From: Lama guanicoe
Taxonomy: Eukaryota
Reading direction: 5' to 3'
Assembly: GCA_013239625.1 (NCBI GenBank)
Contig: MU053557.1
Coordinates: 2,820,123 to 2,884,122 of the forward strand
Length of the DNA: 64,000 nt
Shown: one piece after another, positions 13,547 through 26,689 of the stretch
Layout: each line of letters begins with the position of its first letter
Position numbering within the stretch: position 1 is the stretch's first letter
Translations under genes and position numbers: made by a program
The notes under the pieces: model-generated
Database searches by the model: none
What the model saw: the letters and a program-made list of their open reading frames with translations, nothing else
Told to the model about the DNA's origin: nothing

Positions 13547-13599
13547 CCAAATGGTTTCTTTCTTTACCATCAGAAATAAGTCAAACTGAAGGACAAAGG

Positions 13600-13870
13600 T
13601 GGTTAAAGTTGTCTGCTGTTTCATGCAAATTACAATAAATGATGCTATGATATGCCTTTTTTCTTTTTCTTTCTCTTTCTCTTTTTCTGTCCCACTTGTA
13701 CGATTGCCTCTTTAGGATAAATGCCTATAAAAAAAATGTCCACATAGAATGAAAATATATACTTAATTCATTTTACCAAATTATCCTCCAGAAAGGATAT
13801 ACGAACTTTTACTTCCACTAACAGTGCATTAAAGTTCTAATTTCTCCCACCTGCTTTGCCATATTGATTA
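13600..13870 (-). mobile_element. Decayed L1ME-type fragment
   Basis: tttaggataaatgcct..taccaaattatcctccagaaagg..ttacttccactaacagtgcat. Confidence 0.5.
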
Positions 13871-15873
13871 CAATTATTAATGAGACACATAAACTAAACT
13901 TTAAATTTATGAATATTTATAAATATGTTCTGTGTAGAATTCTAAACTATAGTTCCTCTATATTCTTAGGTAACAAACATGAATCCATAATTTTGTCCAT
14001 AATTTTGTGTTTTCATTATTTGATTTTTTAATCTTTAAACCTTTGACACATCTACACATCGAGATTCTTTCTTTCTTTCTTTTTCTTTTCTTTTTTTCTG
14101 GTATATGGTATGGAGTACAATCCAGAGATTCCAATTGAGTTTCTTTTCTTTATTTTGATTTTTAATTCACTCTAAAGATGTTATGGTTTGGGAATGTGAA
14201 TGGGGAATTCAGTGTGTTTCTTGTTCCCCTTTCCAAGTGATCAGGTTTATTCAATATAAGACCTTATACTAATTCACAGAAAAATGTATCTTCAAAAAGC
14301 AATCAGGGACCTAACATTAAGCACACAGTAATAAGCAGCACTTTCACTCTATGAGCCTTGATAATCATAGTTAATTGAATTTCTCGGCAATCTTGCTATA
14401 ACTACCCCCTCTCTCTCCCACTCAAAATAGCCTATGAGATTGTGAGACTATATAAAATTAGAGAGTTAATCTTTAATTGATTCTACTTTGTTTTCTTTAA
14501 ATTGCAATATTGGTGAACTTAGGTCTAATTATCACTACTTCAAATTACTTGCAAATCATTTTTCAACTCATTTTATAACAGATTTGAGGTTCATACCCCT
14601 GGTTCCAAGAGGCATTGGAAAATTTCGATGGCAAAAAGGCTAAAGCTAGGGGGAAATGTTTTCCCCCAGAGAAAATCTGTAGGGAGCCATGTGAGAGGTT
14701 GCAAATCAAGCTTACCAAGACAATGGTTTCAGATAAAATGAAGACAACATCCCTGAGCCTCTCTTTCTCTGGACCCTCATGTGGACTCACAACTGAAGAA
14801 ACATTGCTCTCAAAATACACCATTTTCCATACTGGCCTTTTACTATTATATTTCCATTAGGTTGGTAGGAGATTCTGCCTATTCTTTTGGCCTTGTCAAT
14901 GTGTGTTCAAGGAGAGGCTGCCCCAATGCCTCACCTCGGGTGGACTATATTTCATGTCAGTGACTTGCCGTTTAACTGCAGACATCAGCCTCCTCATCCC
15001 TATTTCTTTAAATGAGTAAATGAATACAAATTAAAGTTTTAATCTCAGACTGTAACATCAATGGTATTCTCACTACAAGTCGTTTCATAATGGTCTTATT
15101 ATTGTTCCTAAGTGAGACACATTGAGATGTTTCAATTGCTGAATTGCTGGTACATATATTCTTTGAGGAGAGGTATCCAGGTAACCATGGCAATGGTGTC
15201 TCCAGGCAGGATGGGAGTGGGGTGGGAAACTATTTCATTAATTGGAGGGAAGGGATTGAAAAGAGATTTTCAAGCTGTAGATCAGACAGAAGAGAAATCA
15301 GAGAGAAAGAAAAGGTAGATTTCACAATCTTATTTTCCTTTCATTATTAAATTATATAACCCAGAGAAACTCTAAATTACTTGAAAGGTTTAAAGAAATC
15401 ATAAGATTAAATAAAGCAGCCTTCTTAGCCTTTCCACACGATTACGGTGATGGTCCTGCATTTTATTTTATTTGGTTGGGTTTTTATATAGTTTGATTGA
15501 AACTCATTGCATCTCCTGAGAAAGCAGAATTGTGTCCTGTGATTTAAGACGAAAAAAGGAAGAATATTCACATAAGTGAGAAGGCTGTGTAGGCGGTACA
15601 GAGCTCGATTTATTCCAAGTTAATAGCACCCGAAAAAGCTGATTTTATCAGTAAAAGTTATTTTCAATCTTACTTGCCTCCCCTTCCCCTCCCCCTGGCA
15701 GGCAACACATTTTTTTTTTAAATGTATTTAAAGGTTAAAGAAATACTGTGAAGAGAAGTGGACATCTGGATGAGGACGAGAAAAAAATCCAAATGACTGA
15801 TATGGTTTCTCAGAGGAATCTAATATTTTGTTTTTATTGAAAAGGTACTGCAAATTGGTGACCAGATGAGTAT

Positions 15874-15919
15874 CTGCTATTTAACTATATGTGCCCCTGC
15901 TATTTAACTATATGTGCCC
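15874..15919. repeat. Perfect 23-bp tandem duplication
   Basis: ctgctatttaactatatgtgccc x2. Confidence 0.95.
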
Positions 15920-18159
15920 TTGTGTACCTTGCTGCTTCAACTAACAGAAATGTTATAACAGGCAACTTAGGATTTGTAAAAACCCAATTACCCAGACACA
16001 TAACCTGACTTCTAATACATGTAAGCCATAGTTTGTAGAATTTCTTTTTAAATTAGGCCAACATACGGCACCTTAGTGACCTGTGGTGAATCTCTCCACC
16101 TCCTGATGAATGCCCACTTCCATGTTCCCTGCACATTGTATCATCTGATTAACTCAGGAGGAAAAATAGCCAGAAAACATTACATGCAACTATTACCAAC
16201 GGAAATGAGGACTCAGCTGGATTCTGAGGATTCACTTCTCAAAGGGTCAGTCTACTTTTTAGCTATCACTGGGGAAGGCAATGCAGCACATTTTATTTAC
16301 AGAATTGTGGAAAGCAACCTAAAACTGGGTGGTTAACTATTAACCAAATGGATTTCATTTAAAAACAAACATTTATTTTCTGCCAAACAGATTTCTATCT
16401 TGGAAAGCAGCTAATTCCCCAGAATGAGGCCAGAATTCATGGCATGAATAAGAACAGCTGTTTAGGTACATCTAAGTCCAAAGTACTGATTACCTTGCTC
16501 CCCACTGCAACCCAGAGGCTTTCAGTGACAAGGAGCTGAAGTTGTGCTGCTGCAGCTGCTTTTTTAAGGGCTGGGTTTCCAGGGTGTGCCCACTAGGAGA
16601 GTCAATGGGAAATACAAGTAGCAATTTATTTTCCTGAAAGTTTACAGGACAGTGGGGCCAGGCATTTTCAGCCTTGTCATCATGGATAACATGGTATTAT
16701 ATAATGCACACATGAGTCTAATTTTTGAAGGCAGAAAATCATCATGTGAGGCAATCTAATTTGAAAAAGAATATTGCTGATAATATGAAGGAAGAACCAC
16801 TGTTTGCAACAAAGAGCTGAGGGCTAGAAAGGGTGGTAACCCATACCCGTGTCGGGTCTTTTTAATAACAAGGTGTTACTATGGTCCCCTGCTTTGTGGC
16901 CAGTGTGTTATCAGCTGTTGGCAATTCCTACCATCCAAAGAGAAGTGGGACTGTGCAGTGAATGAAGGGTGACCAGAAGCTGAGTGGCATTTCTTACACT
17001 TGGGTGGTTAATTCTAATCTATCACTTATTTTCTGAACCAATCCACTCACTGGTCATGAGGGTTCTATGAAGCAATTCATCTAAACCCTCTTTATCCTTG
17101 TGTTCCCTCCTAAACTGTAGCCATGTGAGCAACAGCCTTACACAAAAGGACGCACAACTAGCCAGTAGCTAGTAGAGCACAACTCCCCGATTGCCAGCTT
17201 CAGCATTCCACTTGTAGAGGGTAGCAGATGCGGAGAGACAAGCCCGTTTTTAATTCCTTCCAAACTGAATTTTTCCTCAGAGTGTATCAGAACACCAGGA
17301 AGAACTCACATGCCACATGATGCTTTAATTCATGGTAATCGGTTCCTCCTTTCTGAGTTCTGGGGTGTAAATTAGGATATCCCATTGAAAGCTGCCCCTT
17401 CAAAAGACAGTGTCATCAGTAGTGCGCCTTTTCCGAGCCCCGAGTCTGCAGCCTAGTGTCAGCATCTCACATGACTGTGAGTCTATTAGCGTGAGCTAGC
17501 GCTGTACGGGTTATTTTTATTACCTGAAATCACACTGTAACTCCTAGGCCAAGAGATTACAATTTGTCACCGAATGTGGATGTAGGGAGAACAGTTCGTA
17601 GAATTTATGAAACCTTTTCTATGTCTGATTTGCATTGCAAATGGAGAAGTTAACCAGAGGTCTTGAGGAAATAACATAAATAAAACATGCCTTCACTACT
17701 GTAAACGCTCAATTCGTGCCAGAGGAGGCCGGGCCATTACAGAAGAATTGTTTCCATCTAAACAATTCCCATCTCCAGCACTTCCCCTCTGAAGCAGCTG
17801 CCAATAGAATGGGGGCTGGGTAGGGGGTTGTGGGGTGGGGAGGTCTGTTTGGGCAGCTTTGGCAAACACCCAGCAGAGGGAGCCTGAGGGGCTTTCTCTC
17901 GAAATCCAAAGCACAGTCTGTGATCTTGTTCTGTGTTGAATATTCTCACAGCTGAAGGAGAGACAGAAACCTGCTTTTCAACTCAGTTTGAGCCCCAAAG
18001 AACAAACTAGAGATCTCCGCATGGCCAGTGACCGACAAAGCTCATTGCTTAAGGGTGAGAAAAACATCCCATGATATGATGCAAAACAGCCTTGGCAGGT
18101 TTACAGACACCATTCAAGGCCTCTTGAAATCTGAACTTCCACTCCACTGCGCACTGGAC

Positions 18160-18670
18160 ATTTGTTGTATTTCCACCCAGCACTTAACTCCCTCTTCTCA
18201 TGACCATGATACCCAGTTCTGCTTCGGGGTACATCTCTTCTCTATTCTCTGGCCCTGTGTGCTGTGATTTCTTCATGACTTCCACAGGCAAAGCATGTCA
18301 CTAAGGTTAAACCAGTCTGTGAATTCCACCTCTGGTGACTGGGTCAAGGACAGCAGGGACCAGCATGTGACTCAAATCTGGTCAACCAGGGTCAATGAAA
18401 TTGATTTCTGTGGGTTTTCTGGAACTGTTGGAAAAGTGGACTCTCTCAGCTGCTGAGCTTCGAGCTTCGAGCATGAAATGATTGAGTCTTTGAGCGGCAG
18501 CCAGAGAATGGAGCCAGCAGACAGAGCCAAGATGAGATCAGGAGAAAGACAACAGATGCCTAGCACCAGGTCTGAAGTTTTATTCCCTTATGCCCAAGGC
18601 CATCCCTATCCTCTAACTCTATTCAATGAGGCAATACAATCTCTTGTTGCTTAACTCAGTTTGTATCATA
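18160..18670 (+). mobile_element. MaLR LTR (MLT1K/L-like)
   Basis: catgtgactcaaatctggtcaacc..tggaactgttggaaaag..cagagaatggagccagc..ttgcttaactcagtttg. Confidence 0.6.
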
Positions 18671-18672
18671 CT

Positions 18673-19090
18673 TTTTAATTAAAAACATTTTTATTGAAGT
18701 ATTGTCAGTTTACAATGTTGTGTCAATTTCTGGTGTACAGCGTAATGTTTCAGTCATATATATATATATGTACATATATTCCTTTTCTTTTTCATTATAA
18801 GTAACTACAAGATATTGAATATAGTTCCTTGTGCTATACAATATAAACTTGTTGTCTTTCTGTTTTATATATAGTAGTTAGTATCTGCAAATCTCAAACT
18901 CCCAATATATCCCTCCCCACCCCTTTTCCCCCCTCGTAACATAAGTTTGTTTTCTGTGTCTGTGACTCTGTTTCTTTTTTGTAAATAAGTTCACTTTGTC
19001 TTTTTTTAGATTCCACATATAAATGATATCACATGGTATTTGTCTTTCTCTTTCTGGCTTACTTTACTTAGAATGACTATCTCCAGGTCC
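18673..19090 (-). mobile_element. Lineage-specific LINE-1 3' end
   Basis: tttttattgaagta..cagtttacaatgttgtgtcaatttctggtgtacagc..tgtgctatacaatat..tagattccacatataaatgatatc. Confidence 0.9.
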
Positions 19091-19109
19091 TCAAGAGGTC
19101 AATGGCTAT

Positions 19110-19800
19110 GCACACCTTTCCTGTTTTATCTCCCCCAACTGCCCTTTTGCAGGTCACCATCTACCATTTTCTTCTTTAGAACCACCGTAAGTGCACATAC
19201 AGCATGTGCCCTCATGAGTCCACACCTTTGGCCAAATTCCACTAATCACCTTTCATGGTTCAACCCAAACTCACCTTCTCAATGAGGTCTTTAATACTTT
19301 TCCCCCAGTACTTTCAAAGGCAAAACTGAAAACTTCCTGAGCTGTATTCTCACAAACATTTTCCCTAACTCTATAAAACTTTAAACACTTCATTAGAATA
19401 TTTTTTTGAGACTGTCCATCTCTCCCACAAAGCTAGGAGCTCCTTAAGGTCAGGCACCGAGCTTTACACATCATTCAGAGGCAGGAAGCAACATTAGGCT
19501 CAGTTGCTGTCTTTGGGCCCAGACTGCTTGCACTCAAACACTGGCTCCATTCCTTCCTGTGCTGTGTGGCTTAAGTACATTATCTGTTCTCTCTGTGCCT
19601 CAGTTTCCTCATCTGTAAAATTAGGGATATGATTAATACCTATCATAGTTTGCTATGGGGATGAAATGAGGTAATCTATGTTAAGTGTTCAGTAATATAT
19701 CTGGAACATGATAAATTTTCAATAAACATTATCTATTATTATTATATTTCTAGTGTCTAATACTACCTGGCATAAAAGAGGTACTCAGAAAATATAAATG
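19110..19800 (+). mobile_element. L2 fragment with an inserted near-full MIR (~19478-19745)
   Basis: MIR core ctctgtgcctcagtttcctcatctgtaaaattagggat; flanking L2 ctaggagctccttaaggtcagg..ctagtgtcta..cctggcata..ggtactcag. Confidence 0.7.
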
Positions 19801-19944
19801 CAACTATGAGAAGAAGGATTATACTAAGTGGAAAAGAAAGGGCAAGAAGAAGTAACTTGATCCTTATAACTTTATTTTCTTAAATTTGTTATGTTCCTGT
19901 GAGAAATCATGAGACATTAAAGAATATTTGGCAGTTTTGAGGAT

Positions 19945-20400
19945 TTGTTCATGTTCATTTATTTGGTGCAAAAACATCTTTTGAGAGAAAATTATGCTAG
20001 GCCCTAAGAATCAAAATTAAGACAACACCATTGCCTTCAAGGAGCTCGTGGCTTAGTGGATGAATTCTGAAAGGTAAATAAATAATTATAATTAGGTGAA
20101 TGTGTAATAAGAGAAGTATGAATACCTACTGTGGGAATGAGTGATGCTTCCTGAAACAGCTGCACATAAGAATTATCTAGGGAGTTTGCTAAAAACACAA
20201 CATCTCAGACCTTATCCCTGAAACTTCTGAAACACCAAATCTGGGGTCATGTATCTGCATTTGTAACAGATCTTCATGGGTGATTTTTGGAATAGAAGGC
20301 AGGATGGTAATATCTGCCTGGATAGGTCAAGGAAGTCTGCACGGCAGAGGTGACGCATGTGCTGGGTTCTTACAGACGGTTAGGAGTTTGCTAGCCTTTG
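19945..20400 (-). mobile_element. L2 fragment with an inserted MER5-like MITE (~20140-20290)
   Basis: ttgccttcaaggagctcgtggcttagtgg; MER5 motifs gctgcacataagaattatctagggagtttgctaaaaa..tatctgcatttgtaacag. Confidence 0.55.
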
Positions 20401-20514
20401 ACATGAGCAGGACAAATGTACTTTGAGAACAGCTCTCCTGGTGCCGTGTCAAAGACCACAGAGCCTCACCCTGATCCCAAAGTATGTGACAATTATTTAT
20501 TTTTCACTTTGAGT

Positions 20515-20695
20515 CTAGTGGTCTCAAGTTGGGTACACAGTGAATTACCTGGAAAGCCGCTGAGAAACAGAGATATTTGAGGCTCATCTCCCGAAGTTCA
20601 GATTGAACTGATCTGTGATAAGGCCAAATATCAGTACTTTCTAAAAGCTCACAGGCGATAATAAACATGCAGCTGAAGAATCGCCATGTAGGTAG
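20515..20695. mobile_element. MER5-family hAT-Charlie MITE
   Basis: tagtggtctcaagttgggtacacagtgaattacctgg..aaaagctcacaggcgat..gaagaatcgcc. Confidence 0.55.
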
Positions 20696-20831
20696 TCCAC
20701 ACTATCCTTAGGAGGACTCCAAGTACTGGGTCCAGCATCAGGGATGTGTGTACCCCTATGGTGGGGGGCAGGCCTGTGCCTCACAGACGCCAAGAGAGGC
20801 CAGGTTTCTTGCTTAAAGATATGTCAAAACA

Positions 20832-20892
20832 TCACTGGGCTGTACACCAGAAATTCACACATTGTAACTGATGGTACTTCAATTAAAAAAAA
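20832..20892 (+). mobile_element. ~60-bp LINE-1 extreme 3' end with 17-bp TSD
   Basis: gctgtacaccagaaattcacacattgtaactga..tacttcaatt plus poly(A); aaagatatgtcaaaaca at 20815-20831 and 20893-20909. Confidence 0.9.
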
Positions 20893-21829
20893 AAAGATAT
20901 GTCAAAACAAGGTGACCAAAGTTATGACACATTTCAAAAGTTTGCTTTTAACAAATCGATGCTTTTAGTGCAAAAAAGAGATACTACGTGGGTGTGTCAT
21001 GCACCAGGTCAACAGATGTAGAACAAATACTGAATTCCCAGTGCCCAAATATTTAGGCAGTATGAATGCAACATTAAAGGGCCTGACTGTTGTCATTTTT
21101 CAATCCTGGCACTGTTGTCCTGTGAGAGTATACAACCTCATGTAGAGAGAAGGTTGACCATCTAACTCTGATATTTCTCATGATTGTGAGGCCCAGGTGA
21201 ATGGCCCTTCTATCTGAGGTCTCCACTCACTAGAATGACAGTCCTTCAAATTTACTTCTGGACATAAACTCCAGATTTAAATGCTACACTATTTTTGAGG
21301 GTGGGACTCAAGTGTCTATTTTTGTAAAACTCTGTGGTGACTTATTAATACAGCTGGTTCACCCCAGTGTTTGAGAATCATGACATTTACTCTCTTCAGT
21401 ACTTTTCTAATTCTAAAGTTCCATAGATAAAACTCTGCCTCCCTGAATACACCAAAAAGATTATTATCATGATCTTCATTATCTTCCCACGGGAGGAAGA
21501 GAATAACTCTCCCCTCCTTTACTGCCTTTTGATTTTATTTTTTATTTTTCTTTTGGGTGGCTACATTTTCTGTAATGATCACTTAATGACTATAAACCAG
21601 GTAATCAGCACAAAAAGTGTTTTCCCTCCATTCATTCACTCATTCATTCGACTGGTAACAACATCCTGATGAGGTATCTCTTCTCCACCACTGTCTATGG
21701 TCTGAGGGAGGCTGTCAGTCAAAATGTCTCGCTTGTAATCCATGCTAAGATAATTAGGTTTTCTCTCTAAAGACTTTAGACCTTGAACTGAGCAATGCAA
21801 GAACAGGAAAAACGAAGGTTGGGGCTGAT

Positions 21830-22012
21830 ACACTCTGAGATGCTTGCAGATGAGACAGTCAATAAGATGCCTAGACCCCCAGCTGCCCTGATTCCTGCCC
21901 TTCCTCAGCTGGACTTTCCATTTGCTGAACTGCCCGTGTTCTGCTAACAATTTCCTGTTTTGCTAAAGCTAGCAAGAGTTGGTTTCTGTTGCTTGCGGCT
22001 GAAGAACTCTGT
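21830..22012 (+). mobile_element. Old LTR 3' fragment (MaLR/ERVL type)
   Basis: ttttgctaaagctagcaagagttggtttctgttgcttgc..aagaactctg is a typical MLT1 terminus. Confidence 0.55.
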
Positions 22013-24039
22013 AAGGTATGACATTGCAAGCAGTCTCTGTTGTCTAGACTGGTGGTGGATGACAACCAAGGTCGGGGGAGAGTGTGAGCGAATGAGAGTA
22101 AGTGACTAACCTTCGTTGTTAGGTATGTCAGTCACGATCTTTAGAAAATGGCCCACCTGGATGGTTTTCTACTTCAGATGCAATGTTACCAAATGAATAG
22201 TAGTAACCAGCAGACGATAAGTGAGAGGGTGGAGGACAATAAACACAGTAAGTCTGAGGGTATAGCTACAAAGTTTTTTTTTAAAGCCCCTATTTGAAGT
22301 TAATAGATGAAATCTATAAAAAACAAACATTATTAAGAAGCCCTGGCTTCACAAGACAAAAACAAATAACTCGTCTATAGTTACATGCCTTCCAACTAAT
22401 CCTTGAGTTATAATTTACAAAATCTAGTAAGAAATGCTCAAAGATCCACATCTGAATAAAACTACTGACTAGGAATAAATCTGCCATACGGCTTCTGATA
22501 AAGTCTTTCATCCTTCATGTACTTGACCTAGAGCACTTGCATTAAAAATACATTCACATACACTTACACAGGTGTATTTATATTTGTGATTTATAATAGG
22601 TTTGAAATACAACACTGCAGGTCATTTGCAAAACTGCTAACAAGGCATTCTGGGTATAGTGTTATCCAGGGAATAGTGGAAGCAGCCAGCTGCAAGCATG
22701 GTGCTCAACTGAGTTTCCACCTATTACCATGAAACAAGCATTTTAATTTGAACTTAGGGGGAGCATAACATAATTTCAATGCAGAGAGGCAAAAATGAAT
22801 TCAGAGGTGTTAATTGAGCTGGTCAAATACTTGTCATTTAAACAACAAAATGTTGTAAAATGATACAAAACCGAATATGAGGAGTTGCCAGAAAGGAATG
22901 GTGTAAGGAGTAAATATGGTATAATGGTCACCCTTTATGGGTCTGAGTCTGTGTTAAACGTTGCACTGAGCCCTTCAGTAAGCACTGTCTTTATTAATTT
23001 CACAACAATCCTATGAAGTAGTTATTATTCCAATTTAACTCTTAAAAATAGGTTTAAATGACAACAGTTACTGAGGGTGTGTCCAATGACAAACTCCTAT
23101 GTAAGAATCTACACAACTAAAAACAAACGTGGATATTTTAACAAGATTTGCAAGGTCAGGAGATAGAGGTGTGCTACCAGAGAACTGCAGAAGCTCTGCT
23201 CAACAGTGTCTAGTTTGGTCAGGAGCTAAGGAAGAGTGGAGATCTCTAGTATTTCTAATTTGGGGTCTGATTGCTCCACTAATTGGTATCTCTGAGACTG
23301 ATGGGGTGTGTGTGTGCACTCAGTTTTCTTTTCCTTATAAATACCATGTTGCATTAGTGTGTCCTGAAGGTGAGAAGATAACACAGTTCGGTTTTACCAA
23401 CAGAAAAATTTTTTTCAACTTGGGGAGCTCAATGTGGACAATTTCATTCCCCACTCTGAATACCTCACTCTTTCTGGAAGATATTTTCCTGGTATCAATT
23501 CTCCAGGACCCCCAAGTGTTTAAGGACACTTTAGCAAAAATATTTCCCTGCTGATGTAGAATAGTCAAGGTTGATAAGACGACTGCGCCAGTTTTTAACA
23601 GAGAAGATCTACTGGACCTCTAGAAACTAACTGGAAAATAGAGTTCAGATCTACAGAGAAACATGCTCACCAAGTGCATACATGTGTACACGTGTTGAGG
23701 GTGTCGTGGTGATGGAGATACTCAGTGTTTCCATCACTCAGCTCTGACCCAAGGAGACCTATTACACAAACAGTAAAATAAACCAAGTACATTGCCACAA
23801 GGTAGTGGTTCCCAAACTTCACAGACCCTCAGACTAAAAAACAGCCAGCCTTTCTTCACTTGCTTACTAAATACCAAGAACCATGATAAATATCTTTTCC
23901 TCCCAATAGTCCTGTCAAATAGGTATCGTTTCCATCTTTTGTTGAAGAGGTAACAGACCCAGTCAGGTTGAATCCTCTGGCTGTTAACACGTCTAGTGAG
24001 AGGCAAATGCACACTTTAATCCTAAGCAGGCTTCACCAA

Positions 24040-24313
24040 GAGCTCACACCCTTACTCATCATGCTTAAATATAATCTACTAAGGTTGGAGCCCAGGAATA
24101 GGATAATTAAAAGCCCCCAGGTGATTCTTACACATCCATCTTGCTGCTGGTTCAAGAATCCACTGGTAAGTCTTTAATTGCATATAAATCATCTAGGAAT
24201 CTTGTTAAAGAGCACATACTGATTCAGTAGGTTTGGGCCTGAGTGTCTGCATCCCTGACAAGTACCAGGTAATGTCGATACTGCTGGTCCTCGGACCACA
24301 GTTTGAGTAGCAA
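24040..24313. mobile_element. Two adjacent MER5-family MITEs
   Basis: aagcccccaggtgattct..aagaatccactg followed by aatcatctaggaatcttgttaaa..ctgattcagtaggtttggg..tgctggtcctcggaccacagtttgagtagcaag. Confidence 0.7.
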
Positions 24314-25186
24314 GTCAGCAGAGCACAGCACTCAGTCACATAAGGTGTTAAATTGTTCTCTAATAAAGGCGTGAGTTCCTGTGTCCTCAGATAAACTGTA
24401 AGCACCTTAAGTATCTTGTATCTCCCTCCCCTGGCAATGTTAGACCTGCAGAAATAAAGTTCTTCAATGAATGCATAAGTAATTCTTGAGAGAAATAATC
24501 TTTTTCAAAACTCAACACAAGAAGAATGGAAACAAAGGAGCTTGCTCTCAGAGTACAGGTGCCCTGATTTACTTCTACCTGAAATAGGTTATGGATTCTG
24601 TCCCTGAATCTGGTTTTGTGACAGGTTATCATTGACAGTAGTCATCCTAGGAAGTCCTGGAAAATGGCTTCTAAAGAGACACTGACAAAGTCATTAGAAC
24701 TCAGAACAAAGGCAAATGACATGTCTTCTTTGGGATTTACAAAAGATTTAATTAACTCAAATAAAGCCAAATCTCTGGCATTGAAGTTCCATGTATTTGT
24801 TGTTCAAACTTTTGATACTTGTTCCTGTAAGGTCCTTGCAAAATCTCACCTCCTATACACGCTCATCACATGCATGGAGAACGTCTGCCTGAATTCCTGA
24901 CTGGCACTTCATCTCTTCATTTTCCTATCTGATCCACAACTATGTGGAGCTGTCATCGCAGAAAACTAATTGCCTGGTCACTCCCCAAAGAGCATACTCA
25001 TGATTTTATCAACCTTTATTTGACCAAAGATTAGTCTTTTGATCTTGGAAAGAAAAATATGTCCAACTCAATCAGTCAGCTTTTAAAACAACCCAGGATA
25101 TGGTCATCATGCTTATTTTTTAATAACCACTTCAAACTCAGACTGCTCTCCATCCCTCTCATTAACTCCCCCAATCCCCAATGCCA

Positions 25187-25187
<1 letters not shown>

Positions 25188-25231
<44 letters not shown>
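25188..25231. repeat. Compound (TC)n(AC)n microsatellite
   Basis: Directly visible. Confidence 0.95.
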
Positions 25232-26689
25232 CAGTTCATAGACGTGAGAGTTAACCTATTTCCAGAAAACAATATAGATGCGTATTTATATATCCTAGAG
25301 TTTCTAATACATTTAGGACTCAAAAACATTTCTTACTGGGAAGTTGTGAACAGCCACTGCTTTCTCTAAGTGGAGCATAATGCCTGGTATCTCATTGTCT
25401 GTAGCGAATATGTGCCTTGCTGTCTAGAGAAGTGAGTTTTGAAATTGACAGGATATAAGCTGCCCCAGGTAAGTTTTATTCAGAATTGCAGCTTTCTAGA
25501 TCCCGTGTCCAGGAATTCTGACTAACGAGATGAGGCGTCAGGCTCGAGAACCTGCATTTCCATGAGCATCTCAGGGGTCCTTGTTCTAGAAGCTCACAGT
25601 TTGGAATGGGAGCCAGTCATGTAAACAGTAAGTGCAATGCAGGATGATAAATGCAACAGCAGGAGCGTGCACCATGCACCACGTGAGCCGTGAGGAGAGG
25701 CAGACTAAGAACTTCACTTTGTGCAGAGTTGGGAAGGCTATGAGGGACAGCTTCCTCAAAGAGTGTGTTTAAGCTGAGTCTTGAGAGAGAAGCACAAATT
25801 CAGCAGGTGCTACTGATGGTATATAATCAAACACAGCTTCTGAGTTACGACAGTGGAAGATAAGGTTGGGGGCAATGGGAGAAGGTAGAAGCAGCTAGCA
25901 CACAGCTTTCTGTAGCTTTTATGCTGCTCAACCTTGGGGACACCAATCACATTCTGGTCATTACAATTTTGTGTGCTTATTGCAATAATTTTCTGATATA
26001 TGGCAACAAAGTATCTTGATGAAAGAGTTCCTGTTTCTAATTTGTGCAAAGACCAGGGGGCTAGCGGTGGGGCTAGAGAAGGAGAAATACAAGAACCATA
26101 TTCCTTGTTCACTGATTTTCAGTCTCACAGATGTAACGTCTCTTGATAAGGAACCCAAGGAATCCTGGAGGGAAGACTGCAGGTACAGCCTGTAGTGTTG
26201 ACTGCTGGGGGAAAGGGTCAGATCCCTGGAGAAGTTGACATTGAGCTGGGGGATGATCACCAAATATCTTATTTATTATTTTTCTTTCTCCAAATGTTAG
26301 TGCCAAAACATTAATCAAATAACCAATTCAGAGTGCCTCAGATATGACACCAAGCAGCCATTAGCCACAGATCTGCTGAGGGCCTTATCCTTTCAAACTC
26401 CAGACATCATCTACAGAGAGCACACCTTCCTTTCCCCATGAGAACCCTCTATTTTCACCATCTGTAGCCCTTATCCTTGTCTTCACTCTGTTGAATTGAG
26501 TCTTCATGTTCATTCCAAAGACTTTAATCCCAGAGAGATGTTTTCATTTCATTTTTGAAGAGAACATCACCTATTTGATCTGCCTACATGAGTACTTTCC
26601 AGGTGTGACATATCTTTAATCTAAGGCACGATGAAGATCTACAGGATCTTACTTCTGTAGCCATCCTTATGACTTCACTATCATAACTA

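Noticed and set aside
13984..14007. 12-bp tandem tccataattttg x2 (also a 13-bp direct repeat near 62267-62297)
   Set aside because: Ordinary short slippage duplications with no further structure
23129..23554. 141-aa ORF in apparently unique sequence
   Set aside because: GTG start, runs through a (GT)n tract, no recognisable motif and no convincing splice context
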